NCBI GenBank assembly: GCA_004022145.1
Contig: RCNU01000010.1
Length of the DNA: 64,000 nucleotides
Direction: 5' to 3' (one strand)
Source: Paecilomyces variotii
Taxonomy: Eukaryota
The notes beneath the pieces are model-generated. The model did no database searches, was not told the DNA's origin, and saw only the letters and a list, made by a program, of their open reading frames with translations. Position numbers and translations under genes: made by a program. Positions within the stretch are counted from its first letter, which is position 1. Every line of letters starts with the position of its first letter. This document shows positions 25,916-38,422 of this stretch, in pieces.

Positions 25916-26538
25916 ATGGTTTCTCGCACTGTCCCTAGACTCGCTGGGTATGTGGATTCCGTCTACTTTTCGATGAGGGCCGCCTCGCACGATCCGTGCT
26001 AAGCATGACCTCAACCTCCCACTTTGACGTCTACACGTCAATTGAGCGAAACAAGCACCTTCAATACTCCAGACATGCATCAGCTGCTAATGCGGATCCT
26101 TTAACCTTCTAGATTCGTGTTCCGCGAGAACCGCGTCCCTTTCTACCAGCGCCTCTTCCAGCGTCACGACGGCAAGCGCCAGTGGTACAAGGTCAGTTTC
26201 GAGAAGGAAAATTAGAATCTACAGAATGCGGTCTGACACCCATTCTACAATTGATAGACCAACCGCAGTGGCTACATCCTTTACCCCTACTGGATCTCTA
26301 CCTACGGTCTTGGTCTCGGTGAGTTCTCCTAAGCGTCGCTACTAACGCACTATGGCTGATTACTCTCTCCTGCAGCTACCACCTGGGCTATGTGCCGGAT
26401 GGTCTTTGTAAGTACCATTGTCTATGATGTGTGATGCTAGTGGTTTCCGTGATGCCTACGGAAGCCGTTAGCAGCGACTTGAGAATCAACTGCTAACCGG
26501 TTCAATAGGGCCACAAGACTTTCTTCGGTTCGGACTAA
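25916..26538 (+). CDS. COX7: Cytochrome c oxidase subunit VII; exons 25916-25947, 26113-26191, 26258-26318, 26376-26407, 26509-26538 (absent from the ORF track)
   Basis: Spliced product MVSRTVPRLAGFVFRENRVPFYQRLFQRHDGKRQWYKTNRSGYILYPYWISTYGLGLATTWAMCRMVFGHKTFFGSD. All introns are GT-AG. Confidence 0.88.
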
Positions 26539-26767
26539 GCGCGTTATTTGAAGGCAACTCTCATCCATCTGTCTATTAGGCGGCGGTGTACTTCTAATGC
26601 CGGAAGGATAGATTGTGAAGACTTGGTTCGCGATTGTATATAAGACAAGCAGGGGATCAATGAAGAATCTATCCGTTTACTGAGTTATTTTTGATCCACT
26701 ATATTCGTGCCATCCGCGTATCTATGGAATTTGGAACCATATTGTTCTTGACCGGGCTACAGGATCT

Positions 26768-27586
26768 CTACTTCCGACAAATAATTTCTCCATGTGTCAC
26801 CGTGAACCATCCATCCTTTGACCTCACCCACTCCTTCCAGCTTTCCGAGATCCGTTCTAGGTCGTCCTTTTCACAAACACCGCCATTCACCGCATTCTCT
26901 ACGTACCCTGGCGAGATGACTCGCTCAGAGAACGCTCCACCCCAGTATTGTCTGTCTTGAGGTGAACTAAAACACCATGCACCCGCCGTGCAAGTTATAT
27001 CATCTCTCGCGAATCCAGCTTCCTGTGCCCAGACATGAATATAAGACCCCGGATTTGGGTTCCCACCCTTTTTCTTCGCGACTTTCATATAAACGTCAAA
27101 GAAATCATCCAATCCCTTAAGTCGAGGGTACCACGTCATGTCTGCAGACTCGCGCGCTGCTACGATTCCACCTTTCTTAGTGACCCTCCGCATCTCGCTA
27201 AGCGCTTTGACAGGATCAGGAACATGCTGCAAGACTTGATGCGCATGCACAACATCAAAAGTCTCATCTTTGTAATTTTCAAGGTTTAGGACATCTCCCT
27301 CTGTGAAGCTGACGTTTTTGACGCCCGCTTGCTCTGCAAACTTGCGAGCTTCGCCAAGTGGTGCGTCCGTAGTCTCAATACCGGTAACGTGTCCGTCCGG
27401 GACATGACGGGCAAGATCAGTTGTAAGAGTACCTGGCCCGCAGCCTACGTCCAATATGGCCATGTTAGGCCGCAGGTAAGGAAGCAGGTAAGCGGCGGAG
27501 TTCTTCACAGTTCGCCACTGATGGGTGCGAAGCACAGCTTCGCTGTGGGTGAAGGCGTAGACATTGGATGCAGGTTGCTGGGACAT
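26768..27586 (-). CDS. Class I SAM-dependent methyltransferase (UbiE-like), intronless
   Basis: ILDVGCGPG, FDVVHAHQVLQH and EMRRVTKKGG. Confidence 0.9.
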   Translation of the reverse strand: MSQQPASNVYAFTHSEAVLRTHQWRTVKNSAAYLLPYLRPNMAILDVGCGPGTLTTDLARHVPDGHVTGIETTDAPLGEARKFAEQAGVKNVSFTEGDVLNLENYKDETFDVVHAHQVLQHVPDPVKALSEMRRVTKKGGIVAARESADMTWYPRLKGLDDFFDVYMKVAKKKGGNPNPGSYIHVWAQEAGFARDDITCTAGAWCFSSPQDRQYWGGAFSERVISPGYVENAVNGGVCEKDDLERISESWKEWVRSKDGWFTVTHGEIICRK

Positions 27587-28440
27587 GGTGATAAAGAGAT
27601 ATTTCTGTCCGGGGTATAGAAGCCAATTGTATGGTTATGGGTATGTTCCCTATCGTCTCGTTAGTTAGTGTCGTGCGTTATAGAAAGTAAGATCCGAGTC
27701 TCGGAGTCGGATGAAAACTCACTTTGGAGATTGATCAACGCAGTTATTGGAAATTGTCTGCAGAATAGGATAACATGATATTGGAGGTAGTAGATATATC
27801 GTTGGCCACTTTGCTCTTCTTATAAACATAATCTAAACACCGCCCCGCTTGCTTGTAGGAACTCCGGAGCGGGTGACGACACGGCACCGGAGTTCCGAAC
27901 ATCTCTACTCTAAAAGGCCCGATGAACAGCTAAACACTTCAAAATAGAGCAACATAACTCAAACATAAGATAATCTAAGCTGTATTTAAATCCGTTATAT
28001 TATATATCAATGCTAAATGATGCCATGATATTCATATAAGCTCAAGCGTATTATTTTTACCGCTATGCAAGATAACCCCGCATAAAACTCTCATAAGCCG
28101 TAGACAATTAGCCATCAAGATCACAGATAATTCAATCATAGGTATTTATGCCAATGACAAGCTCAACCTAGTCTATATCACTCAGGAGCTTACTTGCCAT
28201 AGATTCACGTCCGTTCCATCAATTCTTAGCGAAGTTCTCTTCCTCTAACTAGTTAGGTCTGATCGGATGAGCTTAGTCAGCTTTCTCTATCCTTTGACGA
28301 CACCAACTATTTCCGGAATAATGCCGGCTCTTGAGGGACAGTAATGAAAGAAGGCCCGAAGCATTGACCTTATAGATATGGTGATCTGACAAGCAGCGTT
28401 TGATTCATGGTTTCGGCCTCTATGCATTCCTCGTTGTAGA

Positions 28441-30824
28441 ATGCCTCCCGAGAGAACCCCCAAGCGAGTACGTCAAGCATGTGAACCATGTCGGTGAGTA
28501 ACTACAACCTGAACTTTTAAGCACCAGCAGATACTGCCTGGTATCCGATCCTTAAGTAAGGTACTTATATCGCATCGTTGTACTGACATATAACATAGGC
28601 GTAAGAAGAATAAGTGCCCAGGAGAACAGCCAGTATGTTCGCACTGTGCGCGTTTACGACAGGAGTGCGTCTATGCTGGACAATCACGAGATTCAGTTGG
28701 CAACCGGAATAGTTCGGCGGAGAGGACCCCAGTAAGAGCCATAGCAGCTCCATATTCTTCTCGGAAATGGGTGCGTACTCTTTCTGTTGGGGTTGCCCCT
28801 TCTGAATCGTTCATGCAATTGATTGTATTATCTGGAAAGGAGGAACGCTTTGCCGACTTGGAAGCAAAGGTTACGCGAGTCCTTGAGTCATTAGGGTGAG
28901 CTTCTATCCTAGCTAATTGAGAAATAATCTCCCTAATGGAAAACTGCAGTCATCACAATGGGGCTGATAACCGCTCCGCTTCTAGACATCCAGGGAGAGA
29001 GGTGTCTCAGACACCAACAGAACCTACCATCAACATACCAGCAGTCGGTCTACCTCTTTCTCAAGAAAAGCTAGAATCACTGGGGGAATTATATCTTTTA
29101 TACTGTGACTGTCAGCCCCTCCCGCTGTTCCACAGAGCCAGCTTTATGAGAACCCTTGGCAGCAGGGATCCTGAAGTCATCTATGCTATACTTGCTCTCA
29201 CAATCCGATTTTCAGACGAAACTTTTTCAGCGGATAGGGATTTCTCTACTCTCGCTAACAAATATGCCGAAATGGCACGCACGCTTGTCATGGAGAGAGT
29301 ATCAGAAGGCCCAGTTGAACTTTCAACACTACAGTGCCTGTGTCTCTTGAGTCTTGTGGATTTCACCAGTAAGATATCGTTCTCGTGATATTGGTCTAGT
29401 TTTAACGATAAATGATAGATGGAAATACACATCGGTCCAGCATACATGGCAGCCTTGCGATGAACTTAGCGCAATGTGCCAATCTCGGTTCTGAGAGGCA
29501 TATGTTTGTCACTGATGTGGCTCGGGAAGAACGCCGCCGCTGCTTTTGGAGTATCTGCCTGCTGAAGCGTCTTCATGGCGAAGGATTCAGCATCCTCGAT
29601 CTAAGCGAAAACTCACCTCCTTTCCCGGAAAGCACAGGCAAACCTCCAGCAGCTCATCTTGGCGAAAGGGGTGTTGTTCAGGTCAATCAAGCCAACAACA
29701 GTATGAAAGACGAAGGGATCGTCGGCTATGTGATCATTCTCAGTGAGGTATTCTCGAAAACAGCGAGATATGTAAGGCATCGTGGCAGACCGAGCCATAT
29801 ACCTCCTTGGTCTCCGCAGTCCGAATATTCTAAAATTATCGCTCTTCAAATGGAAGTGGAGACTCGAATGCCCTCTACACATCGTTTTAAGACCGCCAAT
29901 CTCGCAGACAGATCTCTCGATGAACTCCAATCGAACAGAGATTACTGGGGTCCGTGGTTTCTGAACCAGTTTATGTATCACACTATCTTATGCCTGCTCA
30001 ATCATCCGCTTCTGTTGTCATTAAGCCTCCGTAACTACCGGAGCTCCATACCGGAAATCTTCCTGCAGCATACATCTGACCTGATATACTCTCATACCAA
30101 CTGGATTATTCATTTCATCAATTTCTTTGTCGAAAAGTCGTTCAGAGTCTCCGATCCTTTTCTCGGTTACAGTGCTGCGGTTGTGGCCACCATTGAGCTA
30201 CAGTTAAGTTTCACGGAAGACCAGGAAGTTAGAAAAGGGAAGCAGGATCGATTTTGGAAGTGTGTCTATTTTGTCAGGGGATTTGGGGAGCAGTGGCCGC
30301 ATATGGCACAGTTGGTATTCATAGACCTCCTGTCTATTCCTATATTACATGCTGATCAATGTGCTGGGTAACAGGCAGAGAGATTGGAGAAGTTAGAAGA
30401 CGCCATATCGACTTCATATCAGTCAGACACCGCTGGAAACAAAGGCTTGTTGATTGACCTTTCGAGAATCTGGGAGATCCTTGAATATCCACCTAGCACT
30501 TCGCCAGAATCTGCTAAACGCCTTTTCGGAGAGAGTCTCTATTGCGATCCCCATATTTCCAGAGGCGAGGTATCAAATGCGTCACCATTGCCTGAACCTA
30601 CCCGCCTGAGCTCACCACGAATGACCACACACGCAATGCCGCAGGGTCACAACTACATTTCGAGTCCGCCTATAGTTACTAACTATCAGGGAGGGCTCCC
30701 AAGCTCGCAAAATCTTCTACCACCCGTCCACGACGAGTTCTCCATACTGGCTGAGAACTTCTTTTCACAGGGACAGGATTTCCTTCGTGGCGTTGACGAT
30801 TGGCCGAACATAGGTAATTTTTAA
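28441..30824 (+). CDS. Zn2Cys6 fungal transcription factor with middle homology region, about 6 exons
   Basis: Spliced RQACEPCR|RKKNKCPGEQPVCSHCARLRQECVY, plus PLPLFHR and EERRRCFWS. Confidence 0.9.
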
Positions 30825-30941
30825 ATTATCTGTATTTGTGGGTTTGCAACTATTTCTACTAGCTTGATCATGCCCGAAAAAATGAACATGCTTGGAAAGG
30901 TCATAGCAGGCGCAGGTCTAGTCGCCACTGAGGTGAACACC

Positions 30942-32560
30942 TTAGTTGGCCTCAAGTGCCTGTTTGAAGACCTGGCAAAACGACCACACTTCGGTAAAGC
31001 TGTTGTACAGGGGGGCAGGAGCAACTCGGATAACATCAGGTTCACGCTTGTCACAGATGATGCCGGCATCCTGCAGAGCTTGGGAAACCTTTGGAAGAAG
31101 CCCTGGCTTCAGGAGGAGACTCAGTTGAGCTCCACGTGCCATCGGGTCTGCAGGTGTAATGATACGGAATTGACGTGTCTCATCTGTTGTGCCGTCCAAC
31201 AAGAGGTGCTCGAGGTACGCAGTTATGAGAACAGACTTCTTCCGGATCTCCACCATGGATGTCTCACTGAAGACAGAGAGTGCAGCGCAAAGAGATGCCA
31301 AGTCTATGGCAGAGGGGTTCGAAATTTGGAAGCCTCCTGCGCCAGGAATGGGGCGAAATTCTGTTTTGCGATCAAAGAATAAGTTTCCCTGAGTCATGCC
31401 CTTCATGGAACATATATACTAGCATATTTGGAAGACTTACTGTTGTCCATCTTGAACCTTACTGCCCTGTCACCACCATACCATCCGCTCAGACGGGGTC
31501 GATAGCGTGGGGAGTCTTCTCCCTGGCTGTAATCAACGACGCCATGTCTTTCATGGACGAAAAGACCACCCATGGACCCAGGGCCTGCATTTCCGTACTT
31601 GTAAGTACACCAGGCCGCAAAATCCACGTTCCAGTCGTGGAGTTTAAGTTCGACATTGGCATAAGCGTGCGCTAAATCCCAGCCAACGATGATGTTGCGA
31701 GCACGCGCATACTCAGTGATTGTCGGTATATCAAAGAGCTGTCCAGTATAGTACTGAACGCCGGGTAGAAGGAGGACGGCAGTTTCCTCAGCATGTTCAT
31801 CAATGGCAGCTAGAATCTTTGATGTCGAGATAGCGAATTCGCCATCATCCGGTCCAAGGAAGACCATGGATTTCTTCGGGTCAAGACCATGCCAGGTGAT
31901 TTGCGATTCGATGGCATACTATCTATGCGTTAGGATCAAGGGCTGGTAATTTACCGGTATAAGGAGTCTTCAGGGAATGCTCACATGGTCGCTGGGGAAT
32001 GCCTTCCAGTCCAGCAGGATTTTATGCTTGGTCTCGGAGGGCTTGTAGAAACTTGCCAGCAGCAAGTGGAGGTTCATAGTCAACGTGCCCATAGCCATGA
32101 CCTCTTTATGGGAAGCTCCGACTATCTTGCACATCTGTGCTGAGGCTTCCTCCGCTAGCAATTGCCATTGCTTAAGGGGTGAATCTTCCAGATCGGTGAA
32201 GTGGCCCAGCACCCCGATGGACGACCAAGTGTCGAGCTGGGCTTCCAGATACTTTGATGTGGCTTTAGGCTGAAGACCCAGCGAGTTACCACATAAGTAT
32301 ATGGAAGATTCAGGTGAGAGACCTAGAAAAAACATCATCAGTGAAGGTAGGGTTTATGCAGCAGGAAATGGAGGCATACCAGGCTTTGCTAGCTTCTTGG
32401 ATCTTATGTTGGCTACCGAAGGAATAATGAACTTCTCTCGAAAGCGGCTTAGAGCATCTTCGGCATCAAGTAGCTTTGCATATCCAGCTGTCCCAGCATG
32501 ACTGGGAAAGACTGGTTTCGTCACTTTTGACGCCGGGTTGAGATATGTTGAGTTCGTCAT
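30942..32560 (-). CDS. BNA5: Kynureninase (PLP-dependent), 4 exons
   Basis: [32 protein letters not shown] (PLP lysine), GWYG and [10 protein letters not shown]. Confidence 0.95.
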
Positions 32561-32742
32561 ATTGCTAGCAATGAGGATGAATGGAGAATAGATTTGTGCG
32601 TCCCTCTGGCGTTTCTATAGATCACAGATGGTTAAATTGCTCTAACGGCGATCAAACAGATTCTTCGTGATTATGTATGTCCCGGAAATACCTTTGCAGT
32701 GTAACACCTTCGCTTAGAAGTCCTCGTTGTCGTCTTACACCA

Positions 32743-32778
32743 TCCGCTTCCGCTTCCGTATCCGCCTTGGGAGATAAG
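32743..32778. promoter_or_regulatory. Four TCCG units at 6-bp period plus GATAAG in the kynureninase/IDO divergent promoter
   Basis: TCCGCTTCCGCTTCCGTATCCGCC followed by GATAAG at 32773-32778. Confidence 0.5.
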
Positions 32779-33086
32779 CAGCTACCCGTCACTTTCTCAA
32801 ATCATTCATCCGTGTGCTGCCATATGTTCACAGTTACCCCTGGTGGTATCATCCGCTAGAGATAACAGACTAGCATGATGATCCTGTGGTTCATGCACCA
32901 GATGCTTGTGACAGGTCGGACAAGCATTTGGTCTTTAACCCTCGAGTCCCTCGCCCCATTCCAAGTACTCATCTTTCTTCCTCGTCAATTTTTCTTTTTG
33001 GCAAACTCAAGCTTGATCAAAATTTTATCAAATAGAAGAACGAAAGCTCTTTTTGTTATTCACGTATTTATCTAGGCTGGTCCACA

Positions 33087-34499
33087 ATGCTGGCAACACC
33101 AGGTGCGATTCTAGAGGACTATGCAGTTTCACTTCGAAATGGCTTTCTTCCGGATACAACACCTCTAGCTCATCTGCCCGAGCCATACTACAATCCCTGG
33201 GAAAGCATTGCAGCTGATCTCCCGGATCTTATCAGAACCGGAAGAATCAGAGAAGAAGTTGAAGGCTTGCAAATCCTTTCGACCGATAAGTTGCATAACG
33301 ATGCGGAATGGCGGAGAGCCTATGTTGTCCTAGCTTTTCTCACACACGCTTATATATGGGGTGGCCAGAAGCCTAAGGATGTTCGCGCCCTCTGATGTCC
33401 TTTTCCTGCGTTGAATGGATAGAAAGCTCACAGAGTATATACAGGTCCTTCCCCCTGTGATATCTCGTCCGTTTCTGGAAGTCTCGGAACATCTAGAGCT
33501 GCCTCCTTGTGCAACTTATGCCGCCCTTAACCTCTGGAATTATGCTGCTCGCAGTCCAGATGGTGACCTTACTGATCCTGATAATCTGATGGTCACAAAT
33601 TCATTCACCAACACGATTGATGAAGAATGGTTCTTGATGGTATCAGTTGCTATTGAGGCTCGTGGTGCAAAGGCTATTCCCATGATGCTCAATGCAATTG
33701 ATGCTGTGAACATGAACGATTCTGTGCGTGTCACGGATCTTCTAAACGATCTTACCCAAGCCTTGGGAGAGCTCGCTGTCATTTTAGAAAGAATGTATGA
33801 GAAGTGCTCCCCGCCCGTATTCTACCATGAAATTCGGCCATTCCTGGCAGGAAGTAAGAACATGGCTGCAGCGGGACTCCCAGACGGTGTCTTTTATGAT
33901 AGAGGCGACGGGAATGGCGAATGGCGCCAATACAGTGGCGGAAGCAATGCTCAATCCTCTCTTATACAGCTTTTCGACATTGTGCTTGGAGTCGAGCACC
34001 GGTCCACTGGCGAGAGAAGCTCTAATGCTGGACCCCAAACTAAAGACAGGCTCGGATTTATAGAGGTATGTTACTATCCGAACATTGAAACCTCATACAG
34101 AGACTTACTGGTATCCGGTAGGAAATGCGAAACTACATGCCCGGTCCGCATCGACGCTTCCTCGCCTTGCTGTCCAGGGTTTCAAACATTCGGCCATACG
34201 CTATGGCCCACGCCTCATACTCTGATGTCAGACGTGCATATAATGAAGCCGTGCTTATGCTTGGCGTGTTTCGAGACAAGCATATCCAGATCGTCTCACG
34301 ATACATCATCATGCAGTCCAGATTGAAGGAGAACCACGCAGAAGCCAGACGTGTCAACCTTGCAACTGCATCTTCTGAAATGTCAAGCAGGAAGAATGAG
34401 CACTCTCATAACTTGCATGGGACCGGTGGCACATCCCTAATCCCCTTCTTAAAGCAGACTAGGGATGAGACTAGAGGTACAGCAAGGTACACTGATTGA
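33087..34499 (+). CDS. IDO: Indoleamine 2,3-dioxygenase; exons 33087-33380, 33445-34065, 34122-34499
   Basis: NGFLP, THAYIWG, YSGGSNAQSS, MRNYMPGPHRRFL, FRDKHIQIVSRYI (proximal His) and GTGGTSLIPFLKQ. Confidence 0.95.
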
Positions 34500-34988
34500 A
34501 AGCGACAAGCGCTCTATTGCTATTCTGTCATGGTGTTCTATTAGGTCATATATGGCAAGCGATGACTATTTCTTGGTTACGGATCTTAACGTTCTCCCCT
34601 TTCTTTCGGCTCTTGTTTGGTTTAGCTTTAAGTATATTGTTTTCTTTGGTTTTCTTTCCATATTCTACAGTTGATGACGAGGTAATGATGAGATCTTGTT
34701 CGCTCGTAAGAGTATTAAAGTGAGAATCAACGAAACATCTCTTAACTAGCAGGCACCTTCTCTCAGTTTGAACAAAATCTCCATACCATTTCCACGTAGT
34801 TTTCTAGCTCCAGAACAACCGAATATCACAGAGTCATGAGATCCCAATAACTTGTATTCATCCCGAAGACTCACAAGGATCCCGACCAGTGTTCAACCAT
34901 TCAGTTAAGTAATAGTTACTACTAGTTAAGTTATCTAGGTAGTACTACCAAGTATCGGTCACAAGCTACTCGGTGCTTCGAGGTAACC

Positions 34989-35036
34989 CGGATACGGATA
35001 CGGATACGGAAACGGAAACGGAAACGGATGCGGAGG
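34989..35036. repeat. Eight tandem CGGANN hexamers
   Basis: (CGGATA)3(CGGAAA)3 CGGATG CGGAGG. Confidence 0.9.
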
Positions 35037-37188
35037 CTGATATGTTAACTCCGCACCGAAGTACAGAGTTACTGATGCACCATCCGCTAAGTTCTCCGTA
35101 TACTACGGAGTACGGAGTACAGTGGGATGCATCCCACTGTAGGTAACGGCTTGTGGGTGTCGTCAGACCGTGCATACCACGGTAGGTCGTACCGCGTAGT
35201 AATTATTCCGTAACTCTCGAGTGATTCATACTGTTCTTGGACTTCGTGCTGACGGGACAGGGATACAAGTGCGATGTACCATCGTTAGAGTGAGGCAGTT
35301 AAAGTGTAACTTATGTGCATTGTTGTCCATGGAGGACAAGAATACGTATGACCAATTGTCCATCTATTTCTGTGATGGGGTCCAATAACCTATTATATCC
35401 GTGAAGACATTCCCGGCCCGAGAATTAAGTGCGTTTCAAGATTAATACGATAGTCAAGTCTATTTCAGAGATTATCTACAAATAGTCTATAGTATGCATG
35501 AGAAAAATACTATACAGTGTGTACTAAATGAGAAAGATGCGAACTTGATTCTCCCTCCAGAGTAGGATTAGGATGATATCCTGAGTCTGTAAACGCCCCC
35601 TAAGAGCAAAAGTCCGTCCCGACATATGTTTCTGAAAAGTCATATATCGGACCAGTAATCAAGCAGTCGGTATTTCGTAGTGTCGATGCTCGTCGGTTGC
35701 GTTATCTTCATGACGACTATAGCATATCTGCGGCACCTGAGTATCTTTACCCTAGCACCAGACTATTCATCAATCATGTTTCGAATATCGACATGCTCGT
35801 CATGCTCTGAATAGTCATATGCCGATTTAGAATATAGTTGAGTGACTTCGAACGGCGAGACGTATGCGTTTGGCTCATTTCGACGGATAGTAGTCGACTA
35901 TACCGGGCCGACAGTTCATTCTCTTCTTTCGACACTCAGCTAAATCTGGTGGGGACTTGAATGTGACAATACCTTATGCTGTCGATCTTCGCCGCCTTGT
36001 TTCCAATATACGGTGATATATAGACGGCAAGCAAGCCAATATCCGCGCAACCACATTTTCCAACCTCCCACCTCACTCGTAGGGGAAGTTGTCGGTCCTC
36101 GGCTGGCCCGCATATCTCCCTTGAGGAAAGGTATATTCAGCAGAAAGATGGCTCTTTGCGGGCATCAATGGGGCCCACTCCGCCCATTTTGCACGGATGG
36201 CTTGCAGACTGAAGAGTTTCTTTAGCTTATCCTTGAATGACGACATGGCTTGGCTGCGGGGCTGTGTCGAAACGAAACAGTGGAATATAGTTATGGGAGA
36301 TTATTTCTGTGGTTTGGTTTTGTTCCCCCAAAACAAACACATTATTCTATGGAAAATTTCTGGAAGAGATGCCCCCCTTAAATATCGACCTGACGTAACT
36401 TCAACGGCGCGGAAATCGGACCAATAGGAGCGAGCATTGGCCTGATAGCCTAGTGGGGCGCGTGATGTTACCTATTCGGGTAATCCGCAGATCTCTGGAT
36501 TATATAATCCATGTACAGATTAAGTTAGCGTATAAGGTTCATACAGACTCCGGCCCCGAAACTGGGCCGAAAGCCGTTCATTTACTAGATTGGAGAGACA
36601 ACATAAGAGTGTTTTAGTATGAGACTAGTATTTACTATCTGCAACTACGACCTGATGCTAGAATGATTATCAGGCTTCTTTTATGCTAGAACAATTATTC
36701 GTCAGGGGAGTAAATGACGACCCCGTACCTTTTGTTTCTCCAACTTCTAGAACTTCTCGCTTCTACAGTACATCACTCACTATGCAGCCAATCATGTGCA
36801 TAAACCAGTTGTAGAAACTACTTTCCGTGTACGATTTAGGAGTTTCTAGGCTCATCTGTTTTTTGATCTCGATTTTGGCATGCTACCCTCCTCTACTCCC
36901 ATTCCACTAGCGCTCTGTTACTCCTCCACTTCTCCTTTACTTCCCCACTAACTTGCGTCTCTTTGCATCCAGCGACCACTTCGGGGGTTAAGATAAAGCG
37001 CACAGGCCAGAATCAAATAGCTGAAGAGAGATGCGGTCTGGGAGTATGGTTCTCGTCCCGATCCAACCTCCGTACGTTTTCCAGGAAGAGCAACTCCGGA
37101 TAAAACCTAGCCGATAAGAAGAACTTTGGGCTATTCCGCCTGTTATGCACGAGTCCTCTTCAATATATCATGGAATGTTTGCAAGACA

Positions 37189-38422
37189 TTAAATCGGTGG
37201 AAGAATCTTAGCAGCTCTCATTCGGTCAAATGAGGTAGTATACCCCTTGACAGTTGGGATACTCTCCTCAAAGCCGATCGAGCGCGCTTTGTCAATGGAG
37301 TATTCCCTGTTGAAATCACCAGCTTCGATCAAGAAGGCCACAAACTTCCAGTTTGTTATCTCGAGATAACCTGTTTTCAATCCATGCTTCTGAACCAGGT
37401 TCTGCCAGGCACTTTTGTTCTTCTCCACAAATTCTTCGACCGGTGTGGTGTTTTCTGTAGGACCGCTGCCCTTGAGACCGAAGTACGAGCACAGGCCCGG
37501 CCAAACGTCCGCCCAGGTTACAACCTCACCATCCGTGATGTTGAAAATGGACGCATTTGGACACTTATCACGGTTAAGGGAAACATAGATCTCCATCTTG
37601 GCCAGAATATCCTGGAACGTGTCGGTATGGGTGGCTCTGTAACTCTTTTCCGTCCCTGGGAATGGAACAGTGGCGCCTGGGCCATTTACTTCACGCTGGA
37701 GAGTAAGATAGAAGGCGACTCCTTGCACGACATTCATCACGTTTCTACCGGGAACGAAACCCACAATCGCGTCTGGCCGAATCTCAGAGAAGGTCCACTT
37801 CTTTCCCTGAGACAGTTCTTTCAGAACGTCATGCTGAGAGTAGTAGAAGATGTTGCTCGCCCAGGGCTCCGGGATACGAGGGGCATCCTCCTTCAATGGA
37901 GCAGAAATGGTCACCTTATCGGGGAATTCAACGCCATAACTCTTGCCACCGGTTTGCAGGATGACAGTTTCCAGATTAGGGGCGACCTCGTTGATGGCCG
38001 TGATTGCGACACGGATAAGCTCCGTATTAACCTTCCTCAGTGATTGGAAGTCCCCGGTCTGAATGTATGCTAATGTAATTATGAGCCTCTGTCTTCTTCA
38101 AGAAAGCACATGCAGAGAGTTCTAGGACCCAGCGAAACATACCGCAGAAGTATACAATACTGACTGTCTCGACTTGCTCTACTTTCTCCTTTAGAGCCTT
38201 CACAACGCTCTCGACAGAACCCGTGAGATCAATACCCGAGACCAGATTAATGCGGGGATCCGCAGGAAGGTAAGCAGCTTCTTTGGTCAATGGCCTGTTG
38301 CACAGCCCTGTGATTCGATGAAACGTCGTTGGAGAGGGGTAGTTGACACTCGCATTCAGCAGCGCCCATCCTGATATGCCTGAGGCTCCGAAGACAAGAC
38401 AATGCTTTCCGTTTTGAGACAT
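37189..38422 (-). CDS. PRISE-family (progesterone 5-beta-reductase/SirQ-like) short-chain reductase, one intron at about 38071-38142
   Basis: LVFGASGISG, LQTGGKSYG, FYYSQ, IRPDAIVGF, FNITDG and KARSIGF. Confidence 0.87.

Noticed and set aside
35200-36430. Possible pseudogene or transposon remnant between IDO and the PRISE gene
   Set aside because: No recognisable protein motif, terminal repeats or target-site duplication by eye.
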